A stretch of 64,000 nt of DNA from Spirochaetia bacterium (GTDB taxonomy: Bacteria > Spirochaetota > Spirochaetia > CADAEX01), in assembly GCA_963662795.1 (NCBI GenBank), contig OY759746.1, positions 2,528,001 to 2,592,000 of the forward strand, written 5' to 3'. Shown one piece after another: positions 37,365-48,359 of the stretch; the stretch's first letter is position 1; each line of letters opens with the position of its first letter. The position numbers were made by a program, and so were the translations under genes. Below the pieces are notes generated by a model that was not told the origin of the DNA, searched no databases, and worked only from the letters and a program-made list of their open reading frames with translations.

Positions 37365-38249
37365 TCAGCTCCTGTAAATCAGGCTTCCCGGTGCTACGGA
37401 ACTTGTTATCCATGTATTTCCCCCGATTATAGAACCTTTTCCAATTATAGTTCTTCCGCCCAGAATTGTCGCATTGGCGTAGATAATTACATCATCTTCT
37501 ATATCAGGATGCCTTTTTTCACCCGTTCTCGGGTTTCCTTCCTTGTCAAAAGGGGATAATGCGCCTAATGTTACCCCCTGATAAAGCTTTACCCTGTCCC
37601 CTATTGTAGTAGTCTCGCCAATAACAACACCTGTACCGTGGTCAATAAAAAAACTTCTGCCGATTTTTGCTCCCGGATGTATATCAATCCCTGTTCTTGA
37701 GTGTGCTCTTTCCGACATGATTCTCGGGATAATAGGAACACCGTGAGAATACAGTTTGTGCGCAATGCGGTGTGTGGAAATTGCTTCAATACATGGGTAA
37801 CTGAGCACTACCTCATCCAGAGATGTTGCTGCCGGATCACCGTCTTTTGCTGCCTGAACATCAGTAATAAGAATTTCCCTTATTTCAGGAAGAGACTCTA
37901 TCAGATCCATGAGAACTTTCCCGGCTTTTTCACCGCAGTCGCAATCTCCGCACTCCTTTTCTGTACACATATATCTGAAACTGTCTCTCAGATACTTGAT
38001 AAATCTGTAGCTGATATATCGTAATCTTTCATTGATGTAAAAATCAATTTCCTCAGCTGAAATTGTGTCCCTGCTGTAGCACCCCGGAAAAAGAATTGAA
38101 AGAAAGGCCTCAAGGACATCATAAACCCCATCTCTTCCTGATCTTCCCAGTTCCTCCCCGGCTGTCACGTGATAATCATTTTTAATGCTGTTCCCTATTT
38201 TTTTTGAGATTCCCGGTATACTCTCATTCATGAAACGATCAATCTTCAT
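37365..38249 (-). CDS. cysE: Serine O-acetyltransferase (EpsC/CysE type)
   Basis: DPAA..EV..SYP, HRIAH, TGIDIHPGAKIG..FFIDHGTGVVIGET, KRHP. Confidence 0.92.
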   Translation of the reverse strand: MKIDRFMNESIPGISKKIGNSIKNDYHVTAGEELGRSGRDGVYDVLEAFLSILFPGCYSRDTISAEEIDFYINERLRYISYRFIKYLRDSFRYMCTEKECGDCDCGEKAGKVLMDLIESLPEIREILITDVQAAKDGDPAATSLDEVVLSYPCIEAISTHRIAHKLYSHGVPIIPRIMSERAHSRTGIDIHPGAKIGRSFFIDHGTGVVIGETTTIGDRVKLYQGVTLGALSPFDKEGNPRTGEKRHPDIEDDVIIYANATILGGRTIIGKGSIIGGNTWITSSVAPGSLIYRS

Positions 38250-38337
38250 ATATTCAAAGATATAAAAATCGGAAACAAAATGCAATAATTATAAAAGCTA
38301 GAATATTCTTATAATTACTATTATACTGAATATAACT

Positions 38338-39417
38338 ATGAAAAAATTAGAGGAATGTACTATTCTGGTTGTTGACGACAGTATTCACAACCTTGATATC
38401 ATGGTAAGCATGCTTGACACTATTTATGATGTGATTGTCGCTTCAGACGGAGAAAGCGCACTTGAGCTTGTAAATGAAATTATACCGGACCTTATCCTCC
38501 TTGATATCGTAATGGAAGGGATAGACGGATTTGAGGTCTGCAGAAGGCTCAAGAATAACAGTAGAACATCAGCAATACCTGTGATATTTTTGTCAGGCAA
38601 CAAGGATGCTTCTGACAAAAACAAAGGGTTTGAGTCCGGGGCTGTTGATTATATAACCAAACCATTTGAGGTTAACGAAGTCAAGGCAAGAATAAAAACA
38701 CATCTCTCCTTAAAGATTGCCCAGGAAGAGCTTAAAATCCAGAATGCCAAGCTTGAATCCGAGGTTGAAAAAAGAACATTTGAACTGCGGAAAACTGTTC
38801 TTGAACTAAGATATTCTTATCAGGAAACAATATTTCTCCTGTCAAAAGCGGCTGAATACAGGGATGATGATACAGGCAGCCACCTTTTAAAGGTAAGCAG
38901 CTACTGCAGAGCTATTGCAGAAGCGATGGGCATGGATGAAAGCATGGTAGAAAATCTGTATCATGCTTCATTGCTTCATGATATTGGTAAAATTGGAATT
39001 CCCGACAGCATTCTCCTTAAAAAAGGAGCTTATGATTCTGATGAATGGAATAAAATGAAAAAACATACCGAGATAGGTTCCTATATATTATCGAGTTCAA
39101 ATGTTGAAGTAATAAAAATGGGCAAAATGATAGCGCTTACTCATCATGAAAAATGGGACGGTACAGGCTATCCCAATGGGCTAAGCTATGAGGAGATTCC
39201 TTTAATAAGCAGGATTGTGTCTGTCGCAGATGTATTTGACGCACTTGTATCAAAGAGAGTTTACAAGGATGAATTTACTGTTGAAGACGCGCTTAATGAA
39301 ATAAAAAAAAGCAGCGGACGCCATTTTGACCCAAAAATTGTAGATACATTTCTTTCTATTGTTGATGATATACTTGAGATAATGAATAAATATAAAGAAA
39401 GTCACGCTGCAGTTTGA
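38338..39417 (+). CDS. Response regulator with HD-GYP cyclic-dinucleotide phosphodiesterase domain
   Basis: REC (VVDD, LLDIVM, KPF); LHDIGKIG..HHEKWDGTGYP..ADVFDAL..HFDP. Confidence 0.92.
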   Translation: MKKLEECTILVVDDSIHNLDIMVSMLDTIYDVIVASDGESALELVNEIIPDLILLDIVMEGIDGFEVCRRLKNNSRTSAIPVIFLSGNKDASDKNKGFESGAVDYITKPFEVNEVKARIKTHLSLKIAQEELKIQNAKLESEVEKRTFELRKTVLELRYSYQETIFLLSKAAEYRDDDTGSHLLKVSSYCRAIAEAMGMDESMVENLYHASLLHDIGKIGIPDSILLKKGAYDSDEWNKMKKHTEIGSYILSSSNVEVIKMGKMIALTHHEKWDGTGYPNGLSYEEIPLISRIVSVADVFDALVSKRVYKDEFTVEDALNEIKKSSGRHFDPKIVDTFLSIVDDILEIMNKYKESHAAV

Positions 39418-39500
39418 TTAAAAGCTCCCTGAAAAACATATTGCAGGTAAAATTTTTCATATAATCATCAGACAAATAATAGCAAAGTGCAGGAAGTAAT

Positions 39501-40571
39501 ATGATTAATAAAAAAACTGACGGATTTTCCCATTCGGATAAAACCATAATGGTTGTGGATGATGAAAAAATTGTCAGAGAGCTTACAGCCGAGATGCTGA
39601 AAAGGCTTGGTTATACTGTAATTTCATTTGGAGGTGCATTATCTGCGCTGGAATATTACAGAGATAATATACATACAGTGGATCTCGTAATACTTGATAT
39701 GATCATGCCCGGGATGGGAGGAAGGGAAGCTCTTTATAAATTCAGGGAGATCAATCCGGCTGTGAAAGTTTTTATACTTTCAGGTTTCAGTCTGGACAGC
39801 GAAAACAGGGAGATGCTGAATGACGGTGTTGCTTCATTTATTCAAAAACCCGTATCTCTTGCTTCATTAAGAAACAAGCTTGATGAACTGTTTTTTTCAG
39901 ATGAAATAAACCCTGAACCTGTTGAAAAAGGAATTCAGGATAATAAACAGCCGCTGCCCCTTCTTGAAGGACTTGATACCAAAAAAGCGCTTGAAATGCT
40001 TGACGGTGATACAGGTCTGTATCTCAAACTGGTAGAAAGAGTAAAAACAAATTATAAAGGATCCTCTTCGGCGTTAATTGAAAAATATAACAACGAAGAC
40101 TATGAGTGGATTTATACTTTTGCCCATAGTATTAAAAGTCTTGCCGGTAATCTTGGGGCTGGGAAATTATTAACCGATGCTGAATCTGTAGAACAGTCAA
40201 TAAAACATGATGATAAGGCAAAGCTCAAATATCTTCTTCCGGTATTTGCGCAGAAACTGGATGCTTTTATCAATCTTTTATCTTCAATTGAACCGGGAGA
40301 AACAATAAATAACGACAGTTCCTCTAAAACTTTAAAACCGGATACAGATAAAGGGAATTCTCCCTTGAATACCGGATATCTGGAGGAACTGAAAAAAGCA
40401 GTCAGGGTACACCGCCCCGGAAAAGTGCATAAAATGATTGATTTATTGAAGGCCTCTGATATTCCTGAAGATGCATTGCTGCTTCTTGAAAAAATCCAGG
40501 GAGCGGCAGATGTTTATAATTTCAGGGATGCAGGCGTACTTGTACTGGAACTGGAAAAATTAATTGAATAA
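39501..40571 (+). CDS. REC + HPt domain phosphorelay protein
   Basis: VVDDE..LDMIMP..QKP; HPt motif AHSIKSLAGNLGA. Confidence 0.85.
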   Translation: MINKKTDGFSHSDKTIMVVDDEKIVRELTAEMLKRLGYTVISFGGALSALEYYRDNIHTVDLVILDMIMPGMGGREALYKFREINPAVKVFILSGFSLDSENREMLNDGVASFIQKPVSLASLRNKLDELFFSDEINPEPVEKGIQDNKQPLPLLEGLDTKKALEMLDGDTGLYLKLVERVKTNYKGSSSALIEKYNNEDYEWIYTFAHSIKSLAGNLGAGKLLTDAESVEQSIKHDDKAKLKYLLPVFAQKLDAFINLLSSIEPGETINNDSSSKTLKPDTDKGNSPLNTGYLEELKKAVRVHRPGKVHKMIDLLKASDIPEDALLLLEKIQGAADVYNFRDAGVLVLELEKLIE

Positions 40572-40572
40572 G

Positions 40573-40588
40573 TGTAACAATGGTTACA
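40573..40588. promoter_or_regulatory. HcpR-type Crp/Fnr operator
   Basis: Perfect palindrome TGTAAC-AATG-GTTACA ~60 bp upstream of the 4Fe-4S protein gene. Confidence 0.75.
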
Positions 40589-40649
40589 GTCTCTCTCCGG
40601 ATTTTTTTATAGATTATTTGTGAAACCTGAAAACTTGGGAGAGATTTAT

Positions 40650-41513
40650 ATGAAAAGAAAGATAATTAAAATAGATGAAGATAAATGCAACGGATGCGGA
40701 CTTTGTATTCCGGACTGTCCTGAGGGGGCTCTTCAGATAATAGACGGGAAAGCACGGCTTGTAAGCGACCTGTTCTGCGACGGACTCGGCGCCTGTATAG
40801 GGCATTGCCCTGAAGGTGCAATCGAAGTTGAAGAGAGAGAAGCTGAACCCTATGATGAGAGAAAAGTGATGGCAAATATCGTTTCAAAAGGGGATGCCAC
40901 AATAAAAGCGCATATTGCCCACCTTAAAAACCATAATGCGGAAGATTTTTACAATGCCGCGCTTGAATATCTGGAAGAAAATGGTTACAGGAAATCTGAT
41001 TACATCAAAGAAGAGGTGAAAATTAATGTGTGCCCCGGAACATTAAGCAGGAGCCTTAACCCTTCATCTGCTGCCGGTAATGCTGCTGTTTCTGTTACAT
41101 CCGCAGGAGCATCAGGAGAGGCAGAACAGCCTTCTGAACTTATGAACTGGCCTGTGCAGATGCATCTTGTAAATCCGGATTCGCCCCATTTCAGGAAATC
41201 CGATCTTCTTATTGCCGCAGACTGCACAGCGTTTGTCGCCGGAAATTTTCACAGCTTATTTCTCAAGGGGAAAACCCTTGTCATTGCCTGTCCCAAGCTT
41301 GACAATTCATCGGAAATCTATACAGAAAGAATCATCAGCCTGATTGAAACAGCCGGATTAAATACAATTACAGTTCTTATAATGGAAGTTCCGTGCTGTA
41401 TGGGGCTTACCGCTATTGTTAAAAATGCAGCGGCAAAAGCTTCAGGAAAGGTCCCTGTAAAGCAGATAGTAGTTGGTATTGACGGACATGTTGTCAGGGA
41501 AAACTGGCTTTAG
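40650..41513 (+). CDS. 4Fe-4S dicluster protein (FrdX-like)
   Basis: CNGCGLCIPDCPEGA, CDGLGACIGHCP; C-terminal NWPVQ, AADC, CPKLD, MEVPCC. Confidence 0.85.
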   Translation: MKRKIIKIDEDKCNGCGLCIPDCPEGALQIIDGKARLVSDLFCDGLGACIGHCPEGAIEVEEREAEPYDERKVMANIVSKGDATIKAHIAHLKNHNAEDFYNAALEYLEENGYRKSDYIKEEVKINVCPGTLSRSLNPSSAAGNAAVSVTSAGASGEAEQPSELMNWPVQMHLVNPDSPHFRKSDLLIAADCTAFVAGNFHSLFLKGKTLVIACPKLDNSSEIYTERIISLIETAGLNTITVLIMEVPCCMGLTAIVKNAAAKASGKVPVKQIVVGIDGHVVRENWL

Positions 41514-41561
41514 GGACCTGACCCTGTCAGGCTAAAGGCAGGCGCTTAGCATTCAGCTTTT

Positions 41562-42263
41562 TCACCCAAAACCCGTGTTTTTCAATATCAGTACAAGGGC
41601 AGGTCTGTTTTTTATTATCAGATTTCGCCCCTGCTGCTTAATTATTTTTTCTTTTGACAGCCCTGAAAAAACCCTCGACAGGGAAGGCCGTGTTACACCG
41701 AATATTTCTGCAATTACTTCTTTTGTATAGGGGAGGATTACAGTATCTGATTTCTGCTTTTCAGAAAGATCAAGGATATATCCTGCAGTTTTCTGCTTTA
41801 AACTGGAAAATTTTAAAAGACTGATTTTTTCAGCAAGTAAATTTATTTTATCTCCCGCATCCCTGAGATAGTTTCGCAGAATGATTTCAGAATTTCTGAA
41901 TAGTTTCATTATTGCTTCAATCGGAATAATGAGCAGTTTTGCGTTGCTGCCGGGAGATACTGTAAGAGTAACGGGAATTGAGGGGTCTGAAGCAAATATT
42001 ATTGCAGAAGCTGCAATTGAAGAACTTTTAAGTTTTTCAATTTTTATTGTTTTTCCGCTTATGTCGTTAATTTCAGTATCAAGCTCGCCCCTGAGCACAA
42101 TAATCAGACTTTCGTATTTATCTCCCCGTACTTTTACAATTGCATTTTCTTCGTACTGCTTAATTATATATGGGATGGTAAGGAAAAGCAGTTTAATTTC
42201 CGCAAGTTTTACAGATTTAAACAAAGAGCACTTTGAAATCGCAAGAAGTTCCTGGTCAGTCAT
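41562..42263 (-). CDS. hcpR: Crp/Fnr-family regulator, HcpR-like
   Basis: cNMP-like N-domain; HTH AEIFGVTRPSLSR. Confidence 0.75.
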   Translation of the reverse strand: MTDQELLAISKCSLFKSVKLAEIKLLFLTIPYIIKQYEENAIVKVRGDKYESLIIVLRGELDTEINDISGKTIKIEKLKSSSIAASAIIFASDPSIPVTLTVSPGSNAKLLIIPIEAIMKLFRNSEIILRNYLRDAGDKINLLAEKISLLKFSSLKQKTAGYILDLSEKQKSDTVILPYTKEVIAEIFGVTRPSLSRVFSGLSKEKIIKQQGRNLIIKNRPALVLILKNTGFG

Positions 42264-42377
42264 GATTGTATGTCTATTATAGGACAGCCTGCGTTATTGT
42301 GTAAAGAATAAATGCTGTTTGAAATGGAGGGTGACACCGCAGAAAACAACTTCATGAACAACCTGCAGAATAAACAT

Positions 42378-42413
42378 AAAAAAAAGCTGTCCGCATTAAA
42401 GGCAGACAGCTTT
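42378..42413 (-). terminator. Intrinsic terminator of hppA
   Basis: Minus strand AGCTGTCTGC-loop-GCGGACAGCT followed by T run. Confidence 0.8.
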
Positions 42414-42448
42414 GAAAATATTCAGATAAGAAAAAGGTTGATGATCTC

Positions 42449-44518
42449 TTAACCCCAGAAGTTTTTAAGCATTGGAGCTATAACAAGAGAGACTACAGCC
42501 ATAAGTTTGATAAGTATGTTGAGCGATGGTCCTGACGTATCCTTGAAGGGATCCCCGACTGTATCGCCTACAACAGCTGCTTTATGGGCCGGTGACCCCT
42601 TCCCGCCGCTTGCTCCTGCCTCGATCATTTTCTTTGCGTTGTCCCATGCTCCGCCTGTGTTTGACATGAAAATTGCAAGTACAACACCCGAAGCTGTAAC
42701 ACCTGTCAATAAGCCTGCAAGCATTTCAATTCCGCCGGTAAACCCGATTATTACGGGAGTAGATATTGCTATAATACCGGGGAGCATCATTTTTTTGAGA
42801 GCTGAAGCTGTGCTTATATCAACGCATTTTTTATAATCAGGAAGATCAGTATTTTGCATAATACCAGGTTTTTCCTTGAACTGCCTTCTAACCTCTTCAA
42901 TCATTGCAAAAGCGGCTTTTCCGACTGCAGTCATGGAAAGAGATGAAAAAAGATACGGGATTACGGCACCGAGAAGAATGCCGGCAATTACTTTTACATT
43001 AGTAAGATCAATTTCTCCTACCCCTGTAGTTGCCTTGAATGCTGTAAAGAGAATGATTGCGGTAAGTGCGGCTGAACCGATGGCAAAGCCTTTTCCAATT
43101 GCCGCTGTTGTGTTGCCGACTGAGTCAAGTTTGTCTGTAATTTTCCTTACACCTTCCGGAAAGTGCGCCATTTCCGCCATACCCCCTGCGTTATCGGCAA
43201 TCGGGCCATAGGCATCGACAGCCAGCTGGATGCCGAGCGTTAAAAGCATTCCGAGTGCCGCAATAGCAACACCGTAAAGCCCGGAAAGATAAAAACTCGA
43301 AAGTATAGCGCTTATAATAACAACAATGGCAGGGAAGGTTGAAAGCATACCTACTCCCATTCCTGTGATAATAGTTGTAGCAGCTCCGGTTTCGCAGGAT
43401 TCGACTATGGTTAAAACAGGTTTTTTATCTGTCCCTGTATAATATTCAGTAAGCATACCAATTGCTACACCGGCTGCAAGACCGATTACAGATGATAAAA
43501 ATACCTGAAAAGGGCCGACCCCGTTGTTGAAAGTTTCGCCGCCGAATACAAAAAGGCAGAGAGGGTATGTAAGAATTGCCGCGAGTATTGCCGCACCGAA
43601 CGAACCTGAATTAAGGGCTTTCTGGGGGTCGGAATCAGGTTTTGCCTTTACCATGAATATTCCGATAAGCGAAGCCGCTATTCCGACTACGCAAAGCAGC
43701 AATGGGAGAGCAATAAGTTTCAGCCGCATTGTATCTGAACCGATCATGGATGCGCCGAGGATCATGCAGCCTACTATGGAGCCGACATAGGATTCAAACA
43801 AATCCGCACCCATTCCGGCAACATCGCCTACATTATCTCCTACGTTATCAGCAATTACAGCAGGATTCCTTGGATCATCCTCAGGTATTCCTGCTTCAAC
43901 CTTACCGACAAGGTCTGCTCCAACATCAGCAGCTTTAGTGAATATTCCCCCTCCGACCCTTGCAAAAAGGGCAATTGAAGAGGCTCCAAGTGAAAAACCG
44001 GAAAGAACAGGGAGTATGGTTTCTGAAAACAGCGCTATAGAGTCTCCAAGGAAATTAATTGATCCGAGAAGCACCACAAAGATACCAAACAGTGCAAGAC
44101 CGACAACGCTCATCCCCATAACAGAACCGCCGGCAAATGCTATTTTAAGCGCCTCTGTAAGCCCGGAATCAGCCGCAGCGGTAGTAGTTCTTGCATTGGC
44201 AGCAGTCGCAACTTTCATCCCGATAAAACCTGCAAGTGCTGAGCATGCAGCGCCGATTAGAAAAGCAACTGCCTGAAGCTTGATGTAACCCTGGTTTGCT
44301 ATAATAAGGAAAGCGCTGACAACCAGGACAAAAGGGATTAAAGTCTTGTATTCCCGTGAAAGAAAAGCCATTGCGCCGTCAGCGACGAAACCGTTGATCT
44401 GCTTAAGCTTTTCATTTTCTATCGGCTTTTTAAATATCCATTTTGTTCTTAACAAGGCATAGAGCAATGCAACAAGACTTCCTGCAATTGTTGCATAAAG
44501 CGCAAATTCTATTTTCAT
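42449..44518 (-). CDS. hppA: Membrane ion-translocating pyrophosphatase (K+-dependent, probably Na+-pumping)
   Basis: [65 protein letters not shown]. Confidence 0.95.
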   Translation of the reverse strand: MKIEFALYATIAGSLVALLYALLRTKWIFKKPIENEKLKQINGFVADGAMAFLSREYKTLIPFVLVVSAFLIIANQGYIKLQAVAFLIGAACSALAGFIGMKVATAANARTTTAAADSGLTEALKIAFAGGSVMGMSVVGLALFGIFVVLLGSINFLGDSIALFSETILPVLSGFSLGASSIALFARVGGGIFTKAADVGADLVGKVEAGIPEDDPRNPAVIADNVGDNVGDVAGMGADLFESYVGSIVGCMILGASMIGSDTMRLKLIALPLLLCVVGIAASLIGIFMVKAKPDSDPQKALNSGSFGAAILAAILTYPLCLFVFGGETFNNGVGPFQVFLSSVIGLAAGVAIGMLTEYYTGTDKKPVLTIVESCETGAATTIITGMGVGMLSTFPAIVVIISAILSSFYLSGLYGVAIAALGMLLTLGIQLAVDAYGPIADNAGGMAEMAHFPEGVRKITDKLDSVGNTTAAIGKGFAIGSAALTAIILFTAFKATTGVGEIDLTNVKVIAGILLGAVIPYLFSSLSMTAVGKAAFAMIEEVRRQFKEKPGIMQNTDLPDYKKCVDISTASALKKMMLPGIIAISTPVIIGFTGGIEMLAGLLTGVTASGVVLAIFMSNTGGAWDNAKKMIEAGASGGKGSPAHKAAVVGDTVGDPFKDTSGPSLNILIKLMAVVSLVIAPMLKNFWG

Positions 44519-44731
44519 AAACCTACCCTTCTTTTTTTGTTTGATTTTTAAACACATTCTCACTGAGGGTGTGTAAAATTAAATACAGATATTATACAGA
44601 ATTGGATAATTTATCAATATGTAAAAATAAAAATAGCGAAAATGAATGAGAAAAACTAATTGATATTTCATTATTATTGCAATTTTTTTATTTATTCTTT
44701 TTCTGTTCTGAATTAAAGATATCATACTTAC

Positions 44732-44760
44732 TTGACCGGCCAGTCATATTGAGGTTTAAT
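44732..44760 (+). promoter_or_regulatory. paaK promoter with overlapping near-palindrome
   Basis: TTGACC-N17-TTTAAT; TGACCGGCCAGTCA (44733-44746) overlaps -35. Confidence 0.5.
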
Positions 44761-44788
44761 TTAATATAACTATTGGAGGTGTTTGAAT

Positions 44789-46090
44789 ATGATCTGGAAT
44801 CCGGACGCAGAAAGCGCAGAATTGAAAACCATGCGGCAGCATCAACTTGAAAGCCTTAGAAAGCTGGTTGACCTTGTTTATAGCAGGGTCCCGTTTTATA
44901 AAAAGAAATTTGATGATGCGGGAGTAAAGCCGGATGATATTAAAAATCTGGCTGATATTCAAAAACTCCCGTTTACTTCGAAATCCGACTTAAGGGAAAC
45001 TTATCCTTACGGTCTTGTTTCAGCTCCGATGGAGGAAATTGTTGAAGTGCACGCCTCCTCCGGAACAACCGGAACGCCTGTCGTGGATGCCTATACTGAA
45101 AATGATATCAATATCTGGTCTGATTCAATGGCGAGAACACTCTCGATGGCCGGTACTACGCATAAAGATATTGTCCAAAATGCATACGGATATGGACTTT
45201 TCACAGGAGGACTCGGCGTTCACTACGGGACCAGAAGGATTGGCGCTCATATAATTCCAATATCAGCGGGAAATACACAGAGGCAGATTGCTGTCATGAG
45301 AGATTTCGGCTCATCAATTTTAACCTGTACTCCTTCGTATTCGCTTTATCTTGCAGAAGCAGCCAAAGAAATGGGTATAGATTTCAGAAAGCTGAAACTC
45401 AAAGCCGGATGTTTCGGAGCTGAGCCCTGGAGCGATAATATGAGGAATGAAATTGAGGAGAAACTTAACCTGAGCGCCCATGATATTTACGGGTTAACAG
45501 AGATTATAGGCCCCGGCGTTGCTTCAGAATGTGAGGCAAAAAACGGCCTTCACATAAATGAGGATTATTTTTATCCCGAGGTAATAAATTCCGAAACCGG
45601 TGAAGTCCTTCCTGAAGGAGAGAAGGGGGAGCTTGTTTTTACAACGCTTACCAGAACCGGTACTCCTCTTATCAGGTACAGAACCCGTGATATAACATAT
45701 CTTTTCAGGGAAAAATGCAGTTGCGGGAGGACGCTTGTAAAAATGCACAGGCTGTTCGGCAGAAATGATGACATGATGATTATCCGCGGTGTAAATGTAT
45801 TTCCATCCCAGATTGAAGATGTTCTTGTCAGGATTGAAGGGACAGAACCTCATTATCAGATTATACTCAGCAGGGGAGATACCCATCTTGATGAGATTGA
45901 AATTCAGGTTGAGGTTGAGGAAAACTTTTTCTCGGATGAAACAAGAAAAATGGAAGAGCTTAGAAATAAAATATCTGAAACTGTAAAGTCAAAACTTGGA
46001 ATAGGTGCTATAATTAAACTTGTTGAACCAAAAACAATTGCCCGCAGCGAAGGCAAGGCAAAAAGAGTTATCGATAAAAGGATAATATAG
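44789..46090 (+). CDS. paaK: Phenylacetate-CoA ligase family protein
   Basis: [63 protein letters not shown]. Confidence 0.9.
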   Translation: MIWNPDAESAELKTMRQHQLESLRKLVDLVYSRVPFYKKKFDDAGVKPDDIKNLADIQKLPFTSKSDLRETYPYGLVSAPMEEIVEVHASSGTTGTPVVDAYTENDINIWSDSMARTLSMAGTTHKDIVQNAYGYGLFTGGLGVHYGTRRIGAHIIPISAGNTQRQIAVMRDFGSSILTCTPSYSLYLAEAAKEMGIDFRKLKLKAGCFGAEPWSDNMRNEIEEKLNLSAHDIYGLTEIIGPGVASECEAKNGLHINEDYFYPEVINSETGEVLPEGEKGELVFTTLTRTGTPLIRYRTRDITYLFREKCSCGRTLVKMHRLFGRNDDMMIIRGVNVFPSQIEDVLVRIEGTEPHYQIILSRGDTHLDEIEIQVEVEENFFSDETRKMEELRNKISETVKSKLGIGAIIKLVEPKTIARSEGKAKRVIDKRII

Positions 46091-46103
46091 AGAGGAGTTT
46101 GCT

Positions 46104-46526
46104 ATGACAATTAACCAGATTTCAGTTTTTCTTGAAAACAAATCAGGCAGGCTTGCCGATGTTACCAAAGTTCTGGCAGACGGTCAGATTAATATAAGAG
46201 CAATGACAATTGCCGATACTGCTGATTTTGGAATTTTGAGGCTTATTGTAAGCGAACCTGATAAAGCCAGTGATATTCTTGAAAAACACGGTTTTACAGT
46301 CAGGATCACAAAAGTGCTTGGAATTGAAATAGATGACAAACCTGGAGGGCTTCATAAAATTATGGAGATATTCAAGGATAACGGCGTCAATATTGAATAT
46401 CTTTATGCTTCACTTGAAAATAAAAACAGTAAGGCTGTTGTAATTTTCAAGGTAGAAGATATTGAACTTGGACTTGAAATTGTTCAAAGGAACTCTCTTG
46501 TTGCAATATCCGGGAAAAGTCTCTAA
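46104..46526 (+). CDS. Tandem ACT-domain protein (PaaK-associated)
   Basis: QISVFLENKSGRL..INIRA..ADTADFGILRLIV; DKPGGL..NIEYLY. Confidence 0.88.
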   Translation: MTINQISVFLENKSGRLADVTKVLADGQINIRAMTIADTADFGILRLIVSEPDKASDILEKHGFTVRITKVLGIEIDDKPGGLHKIMEIFKDNGVNIEYLYASLENKNSKAVVIFKVEDIELGLEIVQRNSLVAISGKSL

Positions 46527-47727
46527 ATATAATATATTATTAAAAATACTGATTCTGATGTTTTCCGTATCCGCTTTACTTGTCTCATGCTCTGATGACA
46601 GGGAAGCAGATTATAATTTTGAGAGTACACCGGATGAACTTCAGGCGCCTCTGCCGGCTTCGGCAGGAGCCCCGGGCGAGGCAGAGGCAGGGTTTGCATT
46701 CGGGGACGGGACCTTAAGCCTTAAATCAATGGGTGAAGCACCCGCTGCAGTAATGATGAAAGAAGCACCTGCTGCATCAGCCCGGCAGCAGGAAACGGAA
46801 AATACAGCAGAGAGGAAAAAAACATATACAGGCGGATGTACAATTCAAAGCGCCTCTGCTGCTGAAACCATTCTTGAAGCCGGAAAAATAGCTGAAAATT
46901 ACGGCGGATGGATCGAATCATCGTCTGCGTCTCATGCTGCAGTAAGAGTGCCGGCGGCGAATTTCAGAAAAGCTTTCAATTCTCTTTTACAGCTTGGCAA
47001 TGTAATTGATAAATATGAGGAAGCTGCCGATGTTACTGAGCAATACACAGATCTTGAAACAAGGCTCGGTGTTCTCCTGGGGGCAAGAAAGCGGCTTGAA
47101 AATCTTCTTTTTACAGTAAATGAAACAGAGAAAAAGGTACCGATTCTCCGTGAACTGAAAAGAATTGACGACCAGATTGAGCGGCTGAAAGCAGAACTCA
47201 AAACGCTTGATGAAGCTGTAAGCTACGCTGTAATAATTTTAAATATAGTGCCGTATAACTACGATAATGCGTCAGTTCCGGCTGGAATGTTCCCCTGGAT
47301 CGGGCATCTTGATCCATTTTCTGTTTCAATAAAGCAGTTGTTCAGGAAGATCTCAGTCCCTCTGCCTGAAGAGTTCGCATTGCTGCGGGGACAGGGATTC
47401 AGATATTTTCATGCGGAATCATCTGATGGAACAGTTCTCCGCATAGGCACAATTGACAATGATCCTGAAGGCAGCAGCAGTTTCTGGCAGAAGGCGATCG
47501 CCCATGGAATAAGCAGTAGATTCTCCGATTCTGAGGAAGGTGAATCGGGAAACATGAAATATGTTGTTTTTAAAGGAAAAAGGTCATCCACTTACAGTTA
47601 CATCGCAGGAACAATTATCAGGCGTAAACTTTTATACGTTGCTGAAATTTATTTCCCCAATCCGGAAAGTTATGATAAATGGAAAGAAAGTTTAACAGAG
47701 TCACTCGGGAGGATGGAAATCAGATGA
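46498..47727 (+). CDS. DUF4349-like lipoprotein with extra C-terminal domain
   Basis: Lipobox LLVSC; VRVPA.NF..DVTEQY.D coiled coil; start uncertain (TTG 46498 has AAGGA upstream). Confidence 0.7.
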   Translation: MLQYPGKVSKYNILLKILILMFSVSALLVSCSDDREADYNFESTPDELQAPLPASAGAPGEAEAGFAFGDGTLSLKSMGEAPAAVMMKEAPAASARQQETENTAERKKTYTGGCTIQSASAAETILEAGKIAENYGGWIESSSASHAAVRVPAANFRKAFNSLLQLGNVIDKYEEAADVTEQYTDLETRLGVLLGARKRLENLLFTVNETEKKVPILRELKRIDDQIERLKAELKTLDEAVSYAVIILNIVPYNYDNASVPAGMFPWIGHLDPFSVSIKQLFRKISVPLPEEFALLRGQGFRYFHAESSDGTVLRIGTIDNDPEGSSSFWQKAIAHGISSRFSDSEEGESGNMKYVVFKGKRSSTYSYIAGTIIRRKLLYVAEIYFPNPESYDKWKESLTESLGRMEIR

Positions 47728-48359
47728 GACTCAATGGCCCGCTTGATAAAATATTCTTCCGTTTTATTGTTTTGGTAATTATCCTGACTGCCGATCTGCT
47801 TTCTGCATCGGAAATTGAAAATAAAAAACTGACCTTTTACATATCTTCCAGCCTGGCTGTTTCAAATCCGCAGGAGAGCGGAGATGAAATAGCTGCTTTC
47901 TGTGAAGCCGGAGGCGGATATTATACCAGAAAATCAGATTATGGCGTATCACTTCGATATCCTCATTCCTGCAAAGACATGATGGAAAAAATGATAAGAA
48001 AATCAGGAATTGTTTTGTCCTGGAACGTCAGCACACAGGATGCCGGAACCGAATATAATGTTCTGGTTAATCAGCTCAAGTCGCGGGAAAAACTTTTATC
48101 TGAATATATGAGACTTATTGAGTCATCCGGATTTTCAGGCACGCTGTCACTTGAAAGAGAGCTTACTTCTCTTGTGACCGAAATGGAAAGTCTTAAAGGG
48201 AGGATCAGAAAAATGGAACATGATTTTGCCTATATCTATCTTGATCTCGATTTTTCATCAGAAGATAATCCTGAACCGGAAAAAAAAGAATCTTCTTTCC
48301 CATGGATAAACAGGATTGACTTTTATGATTTCGCAGGCAGCGGGTACTATGATGAATAA
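47724..48359 (+). CDS. Second DUF4349-like secreted protein
   Basis: Signal peptide; GGY..LR.P..D...EY coiled coil; FPWI motif shared with upstream gene; ATGA overlap. Confidence 0.65.
   Translation: MRLNGPLDKIFFRFIVLVIILTADLLSASEIENKKLTFYISSSLAVSNPQESGDEIAAFCEAGGGYYTRKSDYGVSLRYPHSCKDMMEKMIRKSGIVLSWNVSTQDAGTEYNVLVNQLKSREKLLSEYMRLIESSGFSGTLSLERELTSLVTEMESLKGRIRKMEHDFAYIYLDLDFSSEDNPEPEKKESSFPWINRIDFYDFAGSGYYDE

Noticed and set aside
37215-37559. 114-aa + strand ORF after ferritin
   Set aside because: Out of frame with the real rubredoxin; runs through the terminator and antisense into cysE
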